64,000 nt of DNA from an uncultured bacterium (GTDB lineage Bacteria > Patescibacteriota > Minisyncoccia > Phycocordibacterales > UBA11359): assembly GCA_903831815.1 (NCBI GenBank), contig CAIKZC010000009.1:5576-69575 (forward strand), given 5' to 3'. The first letter of the stretch is position 1; each line of letters opens with the position of its first letter. Below, one piece after another: positions 36,149 to 45,454 of the stretch. Made by a program: the position numbers and the translations under genes. The notes beneath the pieces were generated by a model. The model worked only from the letters and a program-made list of their open reading frames with translations. It made no database searches and was not told where the DNA came from.

Positions 36149-37228
36149 TTACAACCCTTCGTTTTTGAGGTCTTCGATGAGATTGCGAGCGGTTTTGGAA
36201 AGTTTATTTGGAAGTTTGATCGAGATATGAATCAAAATATCGCCACGACGACCACCCCTATCGCTTGGTACACCTTTGCCTTTAACTCGGAGAATTTCGC
36301 CATGAGCAATTTCGGCCGGAATTACAACCGTTATCTTGCCATCAAGAGTTTCCAAAACATGTTCTCCACCAAGAAGTGCTGTTGAAAGTTTGATCGATAA
36401 ATCAGTGACCAAATTGTGACCCTCTTTGCGGAAAACTGGATCCGGTTTGACGTGCACCTTTATGTAGAGGTCGCCGGAAGTGCCACCGCGCACAGCTTCA
36501 CCGCTCCCCGTCATACGCACCATCTCTCCATCCTCAATACCGGACGGAATTTGTAAATTAATTTCCTCTTGTTTGTTGGTCGTGCCAGATCCTCGACAAG
36601 TCTCGCATTTTTCTTTTGGAATTTTGCCCGCGCCAAAACAAGTCGGGCAATTAGACGTGACCGAGACAGAACCAAACATAGAACGTTTAGTTTCGTGAAT
36701 TTTACCCTTACCGTTACATGTCGAGCATGTTGTGTAATCCGTACCGGGTTTCGCGCCGTTACCTCCGCAAGTAGCACAAACGGAAGTTTTAGTAAGTAAA
36801 ACTTTACGATTGGCACCAAATATCGATTCGGCAAAAGTTAATTCAATATCAATGGAAATATCGCGACCGCGTTGCGTTCGTGTTCGCCCACCTTCTCTGC
36901 CATTGAAAAATTGACTAAAGATATCACCTAGATCAAAATCCTGACCATTGAAATCAAAACCGCCAAAATCATCAGAATTAAATCCACCATAACTTCCACC
37001 GGCACCGGCCGTTTGTTGACTGGCCGTGCGTCCGTAACGATCATAGTCGGCTCGCTTTTTGTCGTCACCCAAGACCGAATACGCCTCACTCGCCTCCTTA
37101 AACTTGGCCGCATCACCACCCTGTTTATCCGGATGATACTTGTGCGCCAATTTACGAAAGGCCTTTTTTACCTCGTCCTGTGAAGCTTTTTTGTCGACTC
37201 CTAAAATTTCATAATAATCTTTGGCCAT
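36149..37228 (-). CDS. dnaJ: Chaperone DnaJ
   Basis: J-domain with HPD (KYHPDKQ), a G/F-rich region, and four CxxCxGxG zinc-finger repeats. Confidence 0.9.
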   Translation of the reverse strand: MAKDYYEILGVDKKASQDEVKKAFRKLAHKYHPDKQGGDAAKFKEASEAYSVLGDDKKRADYDRYGRTASQQTAGAGGSYGGFNSDDFGGFDFNGQDFDLGDIFSQFFNGREGGRTRTQRGRDISIDIELTFAESIFGANRKVLLTKTSVCATCGGNGAKPGTDYTTCSTCNGKGKIHETKRSMFGSVSVTSNCPTCFGAGKIPKEKCETCRGSGTTNKQEEINLQIPSGIEDGEMVRMTGSGEAVRGGTSGDLYIKVHVKPDPVFRKEGHNLVTDLSIKLSTALLGGEHVLETLDGKITVVIPAEIAHGEILRVKGKGVPSDRGGRRGDILIHISIKLPNKLSKTARNLIEDLKNEGL

Positions 37229-37273
37229 ATTTTTATGTTGTAGTGTTTTACATTTTACCCTACTTTTTGCGAA

Positions 37274-37301
37274 TTGACAAGTCGTGTATATATGCTACAA
37301 T
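37274..37301 (+). promoter_or_regulatory. sigma70-like promoter TTGACA-16-TACAAT
   Basis: Upstream of the 37355 gene, which has an AAGGAGG RBS. Confidence 0.45.
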
Positions 37302-37354
37302 CTGCCTCGGAAAGTTGAACATTTTATTGGTCGTAAGACCTGCAAGGAGGATGA

Positions 37355-37669
37355 ATGAGTCTGACTGCTCAAGTTTTGGTTGTTGTTGCGGTCTGCTTCA
37401 TGTTTGCCGCGGGTATAGTCTGGACTGTTAGTTATTGCTTTGCGCATGCCAGCATCAAGTACCTGTTCGAGCAATATTCCAAATGGAGAAAAGACAGGGA
37501 CAAGATGGAGCTCGAACGTGATTCGCAAGGCCAGTCTGGAGACTACGTTTGGTGCACCCTAACATTACTGTCCGTGGGTCTCGTAGCAATCATGGCCTCT
37601 CTAGTAGTTGGAGGTCTGTACGCATTGCACTGGTGGAGATATGGAAATCCCCGTCGGGAGAATTTGTAA
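37355..37669 (+). CDS. Small two-TM membrane protein; GC-shifted ORFan
   Basis: AAGGAGG 4 nt upstream of the ATG. Two hydrophobic segments, with a Trp/Arg-rich C-terminus. Confidence 0.45.
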   Translation: MSLTAQVLVVVAVCFMFAAGIVWTVSYCFAHASIKYLFEQYSKWRKDRDKMELERDSQGQSGDYVWCTLTLLSVGLVAIMASLVVGGLYALHWWRYGNPRRENL

Positions 37670-37730
37670 ACCTTTGTGAGCCTAACGGCTAAAAGGGTTT
37701 AGTCTTTACCAGCGTCTAGCTCAGTATTAC

Positions 37731-37762
37731 AAATGAAAAGAGAGACGTGGTCACTAACCACG
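37731..37762 (-). terminator. Intrinsic terminator for dnaK (minus strand)
   Basis: CGTGGT-cacta-ACCACG hairpin followed on the minus strand by TCTCTCTTTTCATTT. Confidence 0.45.
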
Positions 37763-37764
37763 GG

Positions 37765-37790
37765 GCCGGGGCTTGTTGCACCGGCCTTTT
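37765..37790 (+). terminator. Intrinsic terminator (plus strand)
   Basis: GGCCGG-N10-CCGGCC followed by TTTTCC. Confidence 0.45.
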
Positions 37791-37808
37791 CCTTTGCAAA
37801 TTTTTCGT

Positions 37809-39716
37809 TTACTTAGTTTCCGCGTCGCGAACATTACCTTCCGGGCCTTTTTCGTCTTTTTTATCGCCTGATGCTTGAGAACCGCCCGCTCCCTGTGCAC
37901 CCGCACTTGCTTGTTGTGCTTTGTTCATTGCTTCGCCGATTTTTTGCATTTCAGATGACAATTCTTCGGTCGCTTTTTTGATAGCCGCGAGATCTTGTCC
38001 GTCTTTTACTCCACGAAGTGCGGTAACTTTTCCTTCAACGCTAGATTTTACTTCAGTCGTAATTTTATCTCCCGCATCCTTGATTGATTTCTCAGCAGTA
38101 TAGATAAGTTGCTCAGCCAAGTTTTTAGCTTCCACAACTTCCCTCTTCACTTTATCCTCGGCTTCGTGCGCCGCCGCTTCTTTTTGCATCTTTGCAATAT
38201 CATCTTTTGAAAGTCCTGAGCTTCCCTGAATTGTGATCGATTGTTCCTTGCCGGACGCTTTTTCTTTGGCTTTCACGTTCAAGATTCCGTTAGCATCAAC
38301 GTCAAAAGTTACTTCAACTTGTGGCATACCACGAGGTGCTGGTGGAATACCATCCAAAATAAATTTACCGAGTGACTTGTTGTCAGCCGCCATAGCACGC
38401 TCTCCTTGAGTCACATGCACTTCAACACTAGTCTGATTGTCGGCCGCGGTTGAGAAAATTTGTGAACGCGAAGTCGGAACAGTCGTATTTTTGTCGATCA
38501 ACTTTGTGGCTACACCTCCCATCGTTTCAATACCGAGTGAAAGTGGAATAACATCGAGCAATAGAATATCTTTGACATCACCTGAAATAACTCCACCTTG
38601 AATGGCGGCACCAATTGCCACAACTTCGTCCGGATTCACGCTGACGTTTGGCTCTTTGCCGAAAAACTTTTTGACTGCTTCAATAATCGCCGGCATACGA
38701 GTCTGTCCACCAACCAAAACAACCTCTTGAATTTCCGCCAACTTGAAAGGTGAAGCTTCCATCGCTCGCTTAGTAATTTCCATCGAACGAGTGATAAATT
38801 CCTGACACAATTCTTCGAGTTTGGCGCGAGTCATGGTGAGTAGTAAGTGTTGAGGACCGGCCGAAGTAGAGGTGATGAAAGGAATATTGACTTCCGTTTG
38901 CATGGCTGTTGAAAGTTCAATCTTGGCTTTTTCGGCCGCCTCGTCCAGTCGTTGTAACGCTAATGCATCGGAACGAACATCTACGCCGGAACTTTTCTTA
39001 AATTCATCCGCAAGCCATCCGATAACCTTCTGATCAATATCGCGACCACCAAGGTGTGAGTCACCATCAGTTGATTTCACTTCCACGACATCATCTCCAA
39101 CTTCCAAAACGGAAATATCAAAAGTTCCGCCTCCAAAGTCGTAGACAACTATTTTTTCATTTTTATTTTTATTAAATCCGTATGCGAGAGCGGCCGCAGT
39201 TGGTTCATTAATGATACGTTTTACATCCAAGCCCGCAATTTTGCCAGCATCTTTTGTGGCTTGTCGTTGAGCGTCGTTGAAATAGGCCGGAACAGTAATA
39301 ACCGCTTCAGTCACCTTCTCTCCAAGACGGGCCTCAGCATCATTTTTCAACTTCGTCAAAATCATAGCCGAAATTTCCTCCGGTCGCATCCAAGTGCCAG
39401 CCAAATTTACTTCAATACCACCGTTTGTTGATTTGCGAGTTTCATAAGCCAAAGTTTTGATATCTTTTTGAGCTGCTGGATCATCAAAATTGTGTCCAAT
39501 AAATCGCTTGATCTGATAAATAGTATTTTTTGGATTAGTAACCGCTTGTCGTTTAGCGAGCTGACCCACCATTCTGTCTCCAGTTTTTGATTGAGCCACA
39601 ATAGACGGCGTGGTGCGTGCTCCCTCAGCATTTTCAATAATACGAGGATTGCCACTTTCCATGACCGCTACGGCCGAATTTGTTGTTCCTAAGTCTATAC
39701 CAATGATTTTTCCCAT
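37809..39716 (-). CDS. dnaK: Chaperone DnaK (Hsp70)
   Basis: [21 protein letters not shown] and the full Hsp70 architecture; 635 aa. Confidence 0.95.
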   Translation of the reverse strand: MGKIIGIDLGTTNSAVAVMESGNPRIIENAEGARTTPSIVAQSKTGDRMVGQLAKRQAVTNPKNTIYQIKRFIGHNFDDPAAQKDIKTLAYETRKSTNGGIEVNLAGTWMRPEEISAMILTKLKNDAEARLGEKVTEAVITVPAYFNDAQRQATKDAGKIAGLDVKRIINEPTAAALAYGFNKNKNEKIVVYDFGGGTFDISVLEVGDDVVEVKSTDGDSHLGGRDIDQKVIGWLADEFKKSSGVDVRSDALALQRLDEAAEKAKIELSTAMQTEVNIPFITSTSAGPQHLLLTMTRAKLEELCQEFITRSMEITKRAMEASPFKLAEIQEVVLVGGQTRMPAIIEAVKKFFGKEPNVSVNPDEVVAIGAAIQGGVISGDVKDILLLDVIPLSLGIETMGGVATKLIDKNTTVPTSRSQIFSTAADNQTSVEVHVTQGERAMAADNKSLGKFILDGIPPAPRGMPQVEVTFDVDANGILNVKAKEKASGKEQSITIQGSSGLSKDDIAKMQKEAAAHEAEDKVKREVVEAKNLAEQLIYTAEKSIKDAGDKITTEVKSSVEGKVTALRGVKDGQDLAAIKKATEELSSEMQKIGEAMNKAQQASAGAQGAGGSQASGDKKDEKGPEGNVRDAETK

Positions 39717-39804
39717 ATTTTTTAAAATTATTTAATTATTTAATTTGTAGAATCTCATTATAATCAACCCACCAAAAAATTCAATGTCTACAATTTTAGT
39801 CAAT

Positions 39805-40461
39805 TTAGGCTTTTAATTCACCAACTTTAACCTTTGGAGCACGCACAACTTTACCGTTAAGTTCATAACCTTTCTGAACAACTTCCACAATCATGCCATC
39901 TTGAGCCTTATCAGTCACCGCCACACCTTCAATTGAAATGTGATGATTCGGATCAAATTTTTGACCAACCGGATTTAACGCCTTGAGATCAAATTTATCC
40001 AAAACAGAAACAAGTTGTGAGTAAATATACTCAACACCAATGCGCCAATTTTTATCGACTTTTTCCCACACCTCTTTATTGACGAAGGCCATTTCAAAAC
40101 TATCGAGCACCACCAAAATTTCGCCGATCAAATCCTGATTAGCGTATTTTATAAATTCTTTTTTGTCTTCGTTGTCACGTTTGCGGGCATTAATGAGGTC
40201 CGCTTTAGCCCTCTGCCAACCCGCCAAATATTCCATCCGCTCCGCTTCCGCCTTTTTCAATTTCTCGCGTAATTGTTTAAGTTTAGCAACCGGATTGGTC
40301 ACATTTCCTTCTCCATCCTCGTCTTCAAAAGTGACGTCATCTGTCGCAGCATCTACAGACACATCAACCGGTTCGGTCGCATCAATAGGCATATTGTTTT
40401 CGGAATCTGATTGTAAATCGGCATTATTTTCCCCGTCTTTTTTATTTATTTCATCTGTCAT
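39805..40461 (-). CDS. grpE: Nucleotide exchange factor GrpE
   Basis: Coiled-coil N-terminus and C-terminal GYELNGKVVRAPKVKV, the GrpE signature; heads a grpE-dnaK-dnaJ operon. Confidence 0.85.
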   Translation of the reverse strand: MTDEINKKDGENNADLQSDSENNMPIDATEPVDVSVDAATDDVTFEDEDGEGNVTNPVAKLKQLREKLKKAEAERMEYLAGWQRAKADLINARKRDNEDKKEFIKYANQDLIGEILVVLDSFEMAFVNKEVWEKVDKNWRIGVEYIYSQLVSVLDKFDLKALNPVGQKFDPNHHISIEGVAVTDKAQDGMIVEVVQKGYELNGKVVRAPKVKVGELKA

Positions 40462-40509
40462 ATGCTCCTATTTTAACGATTTTTATGGATAACGCAAGAT
40501 TTTGACAAT

Positions 40510-40536
40510 AAAAAAAGAGCATGGTTCGCATGCTCT
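40510..40536 (-). terminator. Intrinsic terminator for the 40567..40878 gene
   Basis: AGAGCATG-gttcg-CATGCTCT perfect hairpin with TTTTTTT on the minus strand. Confidence 0.6.
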
Positions 40537-40566
40537 AAGATTTGGCTGTAGCCAAACAACGAAGGA

Positions 40567-40878
40567 CTATTGCCCCTCGACCCAAGACAACACCGAGAGT
40601 GCTTCGTGGATTCTCCCGTCTTTATACGCTTTCATCAGACCTTCGACAAACTCCTCTTCCGCATCACTTCCCTTCACAGCGGTGGTCATCATACCAAGAG
40701 GTATTTTGTACCTGTCGGTAAGCGCGATAAAAACGAAAACGGCAACCTGCTTGATGTTAGACTTGGTGAAGTCCGAAGCCTTAGCACCAAAATCCACAAA
40801 GGCTTTCTTCGCATCAGGAAGAACTCGTTCGATCTCCCGTCGAAGCCTTTCTGCTGACAGAGTACCCATGTGTTCCAA
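40567..40878 (-). CDS. Hypothetical protein; GC-shifted ORFan
   Basis: ORF; second gene of a two-gene higher-GC cassette. Confidence 0.35.
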   Translation of the reverse strand: MEHMGTLSAERLRREIERVLPDAKKAFVDFGAKASDFTKSNIKQVAVFVFIALTDRYKIPLGMMTTAVKGSDAEEEFVEGLMKAYKDGRIHEALSVLSWVEGQ

Positions 40879-40913
40879 CCTTTCTGGTTAGGCGCCAAGT
40901 TGGTTCACAAAGT

Positions 40914-41449
40914 TCAAGCCCTGCACCAACGCAACGAACGCTGGCGCATATAGATTTCCCGGGCTTGCTTTTCCTGTTCCGAATTGCCTGGATAAAGACT
41001 CTTGGCCAGGGAACTAAACCAATCAGGATGTTCACCGGTCCAGATCGAAGTCCGGAATCGAGCGTAAAGCGGAAGCATGACTCGTTCACACATGCGTTCG
41101 ACAAGACGATTCCTTTCCTCCCTACCGATACAATCGAAATTGAGGCTTCTTTGAATTGTCTCAATCCATGCGCCGAGGACGGGTCCGAGGCTAGTACAAT
41201 CCTTCCAAAGATTTTGCTCCGGTATCGATTTTGACCGTTCAACTTCTAGTGCCAAACCATCTATACCGAATCTGACGATGGCGACGAAGGCCAAACTGAT
41301 TGCACTGCCGACACAACTCGTTCCGATGAACTGAGTAATAAAGTTGAGGGCAGCCATCCAATCTCGGTACGAGAGGATCTCCTCTTGATGGACTTCTGAG
41401 GCCGAAGACGGAGACTCCACCTGGGACTTATCGTTTGTCTGTGACATAG
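40914..41449 (-). CDS. Hypothetical protein with one TM segment; GC-shifted ORFan
   Basis: AAGGAG 6 nt upstream of the ATG at 41449 (MSQTNDK..); the ORF-track start at 41477 is less likely. Confidence 0.35.
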
Positions 41450-41652
41450 GACACTCCTTGTTTGTATTCGCCTTCACAAAACACTGTCAAAACTGCCAGA
41501 AACAAGCGTTTCTGTCGCAGTTACATCCAAAAAAATACTACAACTTTTTAGTAAGTTTAGCAAATATAAACACTTGACTCTAAAATTTCATTTGTTAGCA
41601 TATAGGTACAAATGCCTTCGGGCCGTCCCTCAACGAAAGTTGAGGAGAACAA

Positions 41653-41690
41653 AGAAAAGCCGTCAGATTAAGTTTCTGAGGGCTTTTCTT
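41653..41690 (-). terminator. Intrinsic terminator overlapping the mazF-like stop codon
   Basis: AAAAGCCCTCAG-N9-CTGACGGCTTTT (one mismatch) followed by CTTTGTT on the minus strand. Confidence 0.45.
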
Positions 41691-42049
41691 ATCTCCTTAA
41701 ATTTCTTTTGATCAAGAATAGCAAGTCTGTCATGTAAACGTTTTGTGTCTATTAATCTAATCTGAGACAAGATAGCGAAAGCTTCCCTGTTATCAATAAC
41801 GCCTACACTAACGTGATATGGATTTTCTTTTTTGGAAGTTGTTAAAGGTACGATTAAACAAACATTAAGACTAAATCCTTTGATAACAAGCACCGGACGT
41901 CGATACTTTTCACTTGTTCCATCTTCTTCAAATCCAATGTTAATGCCGAGAGAACACCAACGAATATCTCGAGCGCGATAAAAATTTGGCTGTTTCGTGT
42001 TTAGTTCTTTTTTCTTTATATTCCATGAATCAAAGTCTTTTTGCATCAT
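41663..42049 (-). CDS. MazF/PemK-family endoribonuclease toxin (orphan; no antitoxin gene detected)
   Basis: RDIRWCSLGINIGFEEDGTSEKYRRPVLVIKGF...CLIVPLTTSKK aligns to the E. coli MazF core GDLIWVDFDP..GSEQAGHRPAVVLS ... CLCVPCTTQSK. Confidence 0.6.
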   Translation of the reverse strand: MMQKDFDSWNIKKKELNTKQPNFYRARDIRWCSLGINIGFEEDGTSEKYRRPVLVIKGFSLNVCLIVPLTTSKKENPYHVSVGVIDNREAFAILSQIRLIDTKRLHDRLAILDQKKFKEIRKALRNLI

Positions 42050-42123
42050 TCAAACATAGCAAAACGGAGATAAAATATTTCTAAAAAAGTTCTAAAGAAA
42101 TTATGAAGAAATTCTAAAATTTT

Positions 42124-43119
42124 TTATTGCAACAAACCTTTGTTTTCGGCTAGATATTTTTGCATATTCTGTATGACGCCTAAACTTTTAGTTTTGTGTT
42201 TATAGGGTAATTTCATGCAACAATTTAGTAAGACAGAAGCATGAAGAACTTTTTTGTCATGAGGAGTATCGCCAAAATAACCTTTGATAAGCCTGGGCAG
42301 TGCTTCATCAAGACCACCGGCAGATATATGATTCATTAAACTACGACCAAGATCTATATACCCATTATTAAATCTTGGATTTGGATCAAAAACAGTCATC
42401 GGATGAGTGGCGAAAATATTTGAGCCACCAAAATCATCGTGACAGTAGCTACTTTTTCCATCATCACCAACAAAGTCAACAAGAATTTTAATCGCTTCAT
42501 CTATCGAACCGTGCTTATCATCATTTAGAAGATTGTTTTCTTTAACGTATTTAATTCTGGTTTGCATATCAGAACTAAATATCCAATCTCGAAATTTTGA
42601 ATATTCAGCCTTGCTTTCAATAACTCTACCGTAACCTTTTGCCGGAGCAGCATGCATAGTATGTAAAGTTTGCCCCATTTCTTCATAAATATTCTTTTCA
42701 AGGCGTTCATCGTGACTGTAAGCATCAGCCAACACCGGAGCGTCCACATATCCCATTAAAGTGTAAGATCGCTCACCTAGAACACCGGCTTCAAATACAT
42801 GAGGTACTTTTACACCGGCCTGCTCCCAAACTCCCAAAAATTGTGCCTCACCCTCGGCAAAACCATTACTTAAAGGTATTTTCAAGACCATTTTTTCTGC
42901 AGGAGTTTCTATAATCGCAATTAACGACGAAACACCTTTTTCCGCAAAAGTAACACCGACTTCTCTACCTTTAAATCTATCGTTTGCAGAAATAAAATCT
43001 CTAATTAATGGGACCAGAGCCAGTCGCCTTTCATTAAAATTTCTATCCACTTCATGTTCAGAAAGTTTTGGCTCATTATGAAAAGTAATATTTGTTATGA
43101 CTGTTTCTGGTGACTTCAT
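42124..43119 (-). CDS. Aminoglycoside-phosphotransferase/choline-kinase-like (APH fold) kinase
   Basis: CHDDFGGSNIF (Brenner HxDxxxxN-like catalytic loop) and IDLGRS (DFG-equivalent). Confidence 0.45.
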   Translation of the reverse strand: MKSPETVITNITFHNEPKLSEHEVDRNFNERRLALVPLIRDFISANDRFKGREVGVTFAEKGVSSLIAIIETPAEKMVLKIPLSNGFAEGEAQFLGVWEQAGVKVPHVFEAGVLGERSYTLMGYVDAPVLADAYSHDERLEKNIYEEMGQTLHTMHAAPAKGYGRVIESKAEYSKFRDWIFSSDMQTRIKYVKENNLLNDDKHGSIDEAIKILVDFVGDDGKSSYCHDDFGGSNIFATHPMTVFDPNPRFNNGYIDLGRSLMNHISAGGLDEALPRLIKGYFGDTPHDKKVLHASVLLNCCMKLPYKHKTKSLGVIQNMQKYLAENKGLLQ

Positions 43120-43172
43120 ACATAAAGTATACCAGACATTGTTTTTTATTTTTATACGCGAATGAACATACT

Positions 43173-43257
43173 TTTGAGCTGCCTTGCGCAGCGCGGCTGG
43201 CGCGAGCGGAGCGGACGGCCAGTAGGCCGGAACGCGTGCATGCCAAAAGTATGTTCA
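43173..43257. other. GC-rich 59-nt core flanked by a perfect 13-bp inverted repeat (GAACATACTTTTG / CAAAAGTATGTTC); candidate small structured RNA or miniature inverted-repeat element
   Basis: A perfect inverted repeat brackets AGCTGCCTTGCGCAGCGCGGCTGGCGCGAGCGGAGCGGACGGCCAGTAGGCCGGAACGCGTGCATGC in an otherwise AT-rich intergenic region. Confidence 0.35.
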
Positions 43258-43266
43258 GTAGCGTAT

Positions 43267-43310
43267 ACACACAAACAAAAACCACCGAGTGGTGGTTTTT
43301 GTTTGTGTGT
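43267..43310. terminator. Bidirectional intrinsic terminator with 20-bp perfect palindromic arms
   Basis: ACACACAAACAAAAACCACC-gagt-GGTGGTTTTTGTTTGTGTGT, immediately downstream of rpsI. Confidence 0.7.
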
Positions 43311-43313
43311 AAA

Positions 43314-43724
43314 CTATCGTTTTGACCACTGTGGAGCCTTGCGGGCTTTCTTCAAACCGAACTTTCGTCTTTCTTTTGCTCGTGGATCACGTTTCAAAAA
43401 TCCAACTTTCTTTAAAACCCCTCGAAGTAACACATCATCAATTATCAACGCTCGTGAAATACCGAGTCGTACAGCTTCAGCTTGTCCGTTGATTCCACCA
43501 CCATTGACTTTCACTGTAATTTTAAATTTGCCAGGAGTTTTGGAAACGGCGAGAGCCTCAACTGCAATTTTTCGTAAATTATCCGTTTTAAAATATTCGT
43601 TTACATCTTTGTCATTAACAGTAATAGAATTTTTAGGTGCTTCAGAAATACGTACGCGAGCGCTACTTGTCTTGCGGCGTCCAACTGTTTCGATATATTC
43701 TTTTTTGACTGTTTTTTGTTCCAT
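43314..43724 (-). CDS. rpsI: 30S ribosomal protein S9
   Basis: C-terminal ..[17 protein letters not shown], the S9 signature. Confidence 0.9.
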   Translation of the reverse strand: MEQKTVKKEYIETVGRRKTSSARVRISEAPKNSITVNDKDVNEYFKTDNLRKIAVEALAVSKTPGKFKITVKVNGGGINGQAEAVRLGISRALIIDDVLLRGVLKKVGFLKRDPRAKERRKFGLKKARKAPQWSKR

Positions 43725-43742
43725 AATGCTTTCTGTGACGAA

Positions 43743-44087
43743 TTATTCTGATACTTTTAAATTCTTGATCATGATCGAACGCAACTTGTTGCGTGGGAGC
43801 ATACCATAAACAGCTTGCCAAAAAATTTCGCTGTAACCTTTCTTTTCGATCACACGCTTCATGGTTTGTTCTGACAAACCATCAGCAAAACCAGAAAAGT
43901 TCTTGTATTTATATTCCTCTTTCTTGGCATCAGAAATATCAGCCTTGCTAGCATTCAAAATTTCAACAATATTATCACCCGCTACGTTTCTTTCGTAGGT
44001 AGCTGATTCTTTGCCCATAAGTAATTGAGCCGCTTCGCTAGCAACTCGTCCCAATTTTTTTCCTTTTGCGTCGATTGTGTATTTCAT
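43743..44087 (-). CDS. rplM: 50S ribosomal protein L13 (short form)
   Basis: KKLGRVASEAAQLLMGK and GMLPRNKL L13 motifs; upstream of rpsI as usual. Confidence 0.8.
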   Translation of the reverse strand: MKYTIDAKGKKLGRVASEAAQLLMGKESATYERNVAGDNIVEILNASKADISDAKKEEYKYKNFSGFADGLSEQTMKRVIEKKGYSEIFWQAVYGMLPRNKLRSIMIKNLKVSE

Positions 44088-44092
44088 GGTGT

Positions 44093-44443
44093 TTATACAA
44101 ATTCAATAGTAGCCATCGCACTTCCGTCACCTCCGCGGGCTGGTAATTTGGTAATTCTGGTATATCCGCCAGCGCGAGTCTTGTATTTTGGCGCAATCAC
44201 TTCAACAAGCTTCTTGACTGACTTTGGATTGCCGATTCGCGAGGTCAAAAGTCTTCGAGCGGTAACTGTGCCAGGCTTTGCAGTCGTAATTAATTTTTCA
44301 ACATAAGGTCGAATTTCCTTGGCCTTTGGTTCGGTCGTGGTAATTTTACCGGCATTGATAAGGTTAGACGCCAAAGAACGCATCAACGCTCGTCGCTGAT
44401 TACTTTTTAGTCCAAATTTTCGGTTTGCGTTATGGTGTCTCAT
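44093..44443 (-). CDS. rplQ: 50S ribosomal protein L17
   Basis: MRHHNANRKFGLKSNQRRALMRSLASNLI matches the L17 N-terminus. Confidence 0.9.
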   Translation of the reverse strand: MRHHNANRKFGLKSNQRRALMRSLASNLINAGKITTTEPKAKEIRPYVEKLITTAKPGTVTARRLLTSRIGNPKSVKKLVEVIAPKYKTRAGGYTRITKLPARGGDGSAMATIEFV

Positions 44444-44461
44444 GGTATGTTCCTAATATAA

Positions 44462-45433
44462 TTACTTCAAACTAATGCCGTATCCGCCCAATAATTTCTT
44501 GATTTCTTGAACTCCTTTTCCGCCCAAACCATCAATATCAAGAAGATCTTCTTCTTTCTTGCGAGCGAGACCTCCGATAGTTCGGATGTTAGCGGCAGAG
44601 AGAGCGTTCAAAGTACGAGGTGATAGATCAGCGTCTTCGATACGAGTCTTCAAGAGTTCAGTGTTAGCTTCTTTCTTTTCTTTAACATCTTCGGATTTTT
44701 CGGTCTCTTCAGCTGACTTTTTGGTTTCTACAATAACTTCCTCCTTAAAACCAACAACAGCTTTTAGTTGAGCAATCATAATCATGATGGCTTTCTCAAG
44801 AGCTTCTTTTGGAGTGATGGTTCCATCAGTTTCAATAATCAATCGAAGTTTATTGAAGTCCGTACGATCGCCGACTCGCATGTTTTCAACTTCGTAACTG
44901 GCTTTTCGAATTGGAGTGAAAGTGGCATCGAGAGAAATAGCTCCGATATCTACGCGGTTTTTATGCAACATTTCGCGAGAAAGATATCCAAGACCTTTTT
45001 CAACGCGAATTTCAACATTGAGACTAGCTGACTTGTCGGTAATGGAAGCAATGTGTTGATCTTTGTTAAGAACATTAACTTGTCCGCCGGTTTTGATGTC
45101 TTCAGCAGTAATATCCTTGATTCCTTTAACATTAAATGACATTACTTGTGGTTCCTCTGAAAGCAATTGGAAACGAACTTTCTTCAAATTAAGGAGGATT
45201 GTTATAACATCTTCTTTGACACCTTCGATGGTGGTAAACTCATGACTAACACCATTGATTTTCACTGAGGTAATAGCTGCACCCGGGAGTGACGACAGAA
45301 TGATGCGGCGTAGACTTGATCCAAGGGTGTGGCCATATCCGGGATAGAGCGCGTCTATCTCAAATACACCGCGAACTTCACTTTCGCTAACGATACGTGG
45401 CTTTGAAGGCAAAATTACATTTAGATCAGACAT
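44462..45433 (-). CDS. rpoA: DNA-directed RNA polymerase alpha subunit
   Basis: N-terminal assembly domain plus the C-terminal domain DLSPRTLNALSAANIRTIGGL. Confidence 0.9.
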   Translation of the reverse strand: MSDLNVILPSKPRIVSESEVRGVFEIDALYPGYGHTLGSSLRRIILSSLPGAAITSVKINGVSHEFTTIEGVKEDVITILLNLKKVRFQLLSEEPQVMSFNVKGIKDITAEDIKTGGQVNVLNKDQHIASITDKSASLNVEIRVEKGLGYLSREMLHKNRVDIGAISLDATFTPIRKASYEVENMRVGDRTDFNKLRLIIETDGTITPKEALEKAIMIMIAQLKAVVGFKEEVIVETKKSAEETEKSEDVKEKKEANTELLKTRIEDADLSPRTLNALSAANIRTIGGLARKKEEDLLDIDGLGGKGVQEIKKLLGGYGISLK

Positions 45434-45454
45434 ACGTTTTTTATAAAAATTAAA

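Noticed and set aside
37670-37808. tRNA gene suggested by AGCTCAGT in the dnaJ-dnaK intergenic region; similarly TTCGAAT at about 8690
   Set aside because: No acceptor stem or cloverleaf can be drawn around either motif. The region is better explained by two back-to-back terminator hairpins.
40462-40566. CIRCE/HrcA operator upstream of grpE
   Set aside because: Only a GAGTGCT half-site lies inside the neighbouring ORF. There is no TTAGCACTC-N9-GAGTGCTAA inverted repeat in the grpE promoter region.
41663-43119. A MazE-like antitoxin fused to or hidden near the MazF-like gene
   Set aside because: The 74-bp upstream gap has no ORF. The upstream 331-aa protein is an APH-like kinase with no AbrB/MazE-like terminus. 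The downstream 185 bp has no SD-led ORF.
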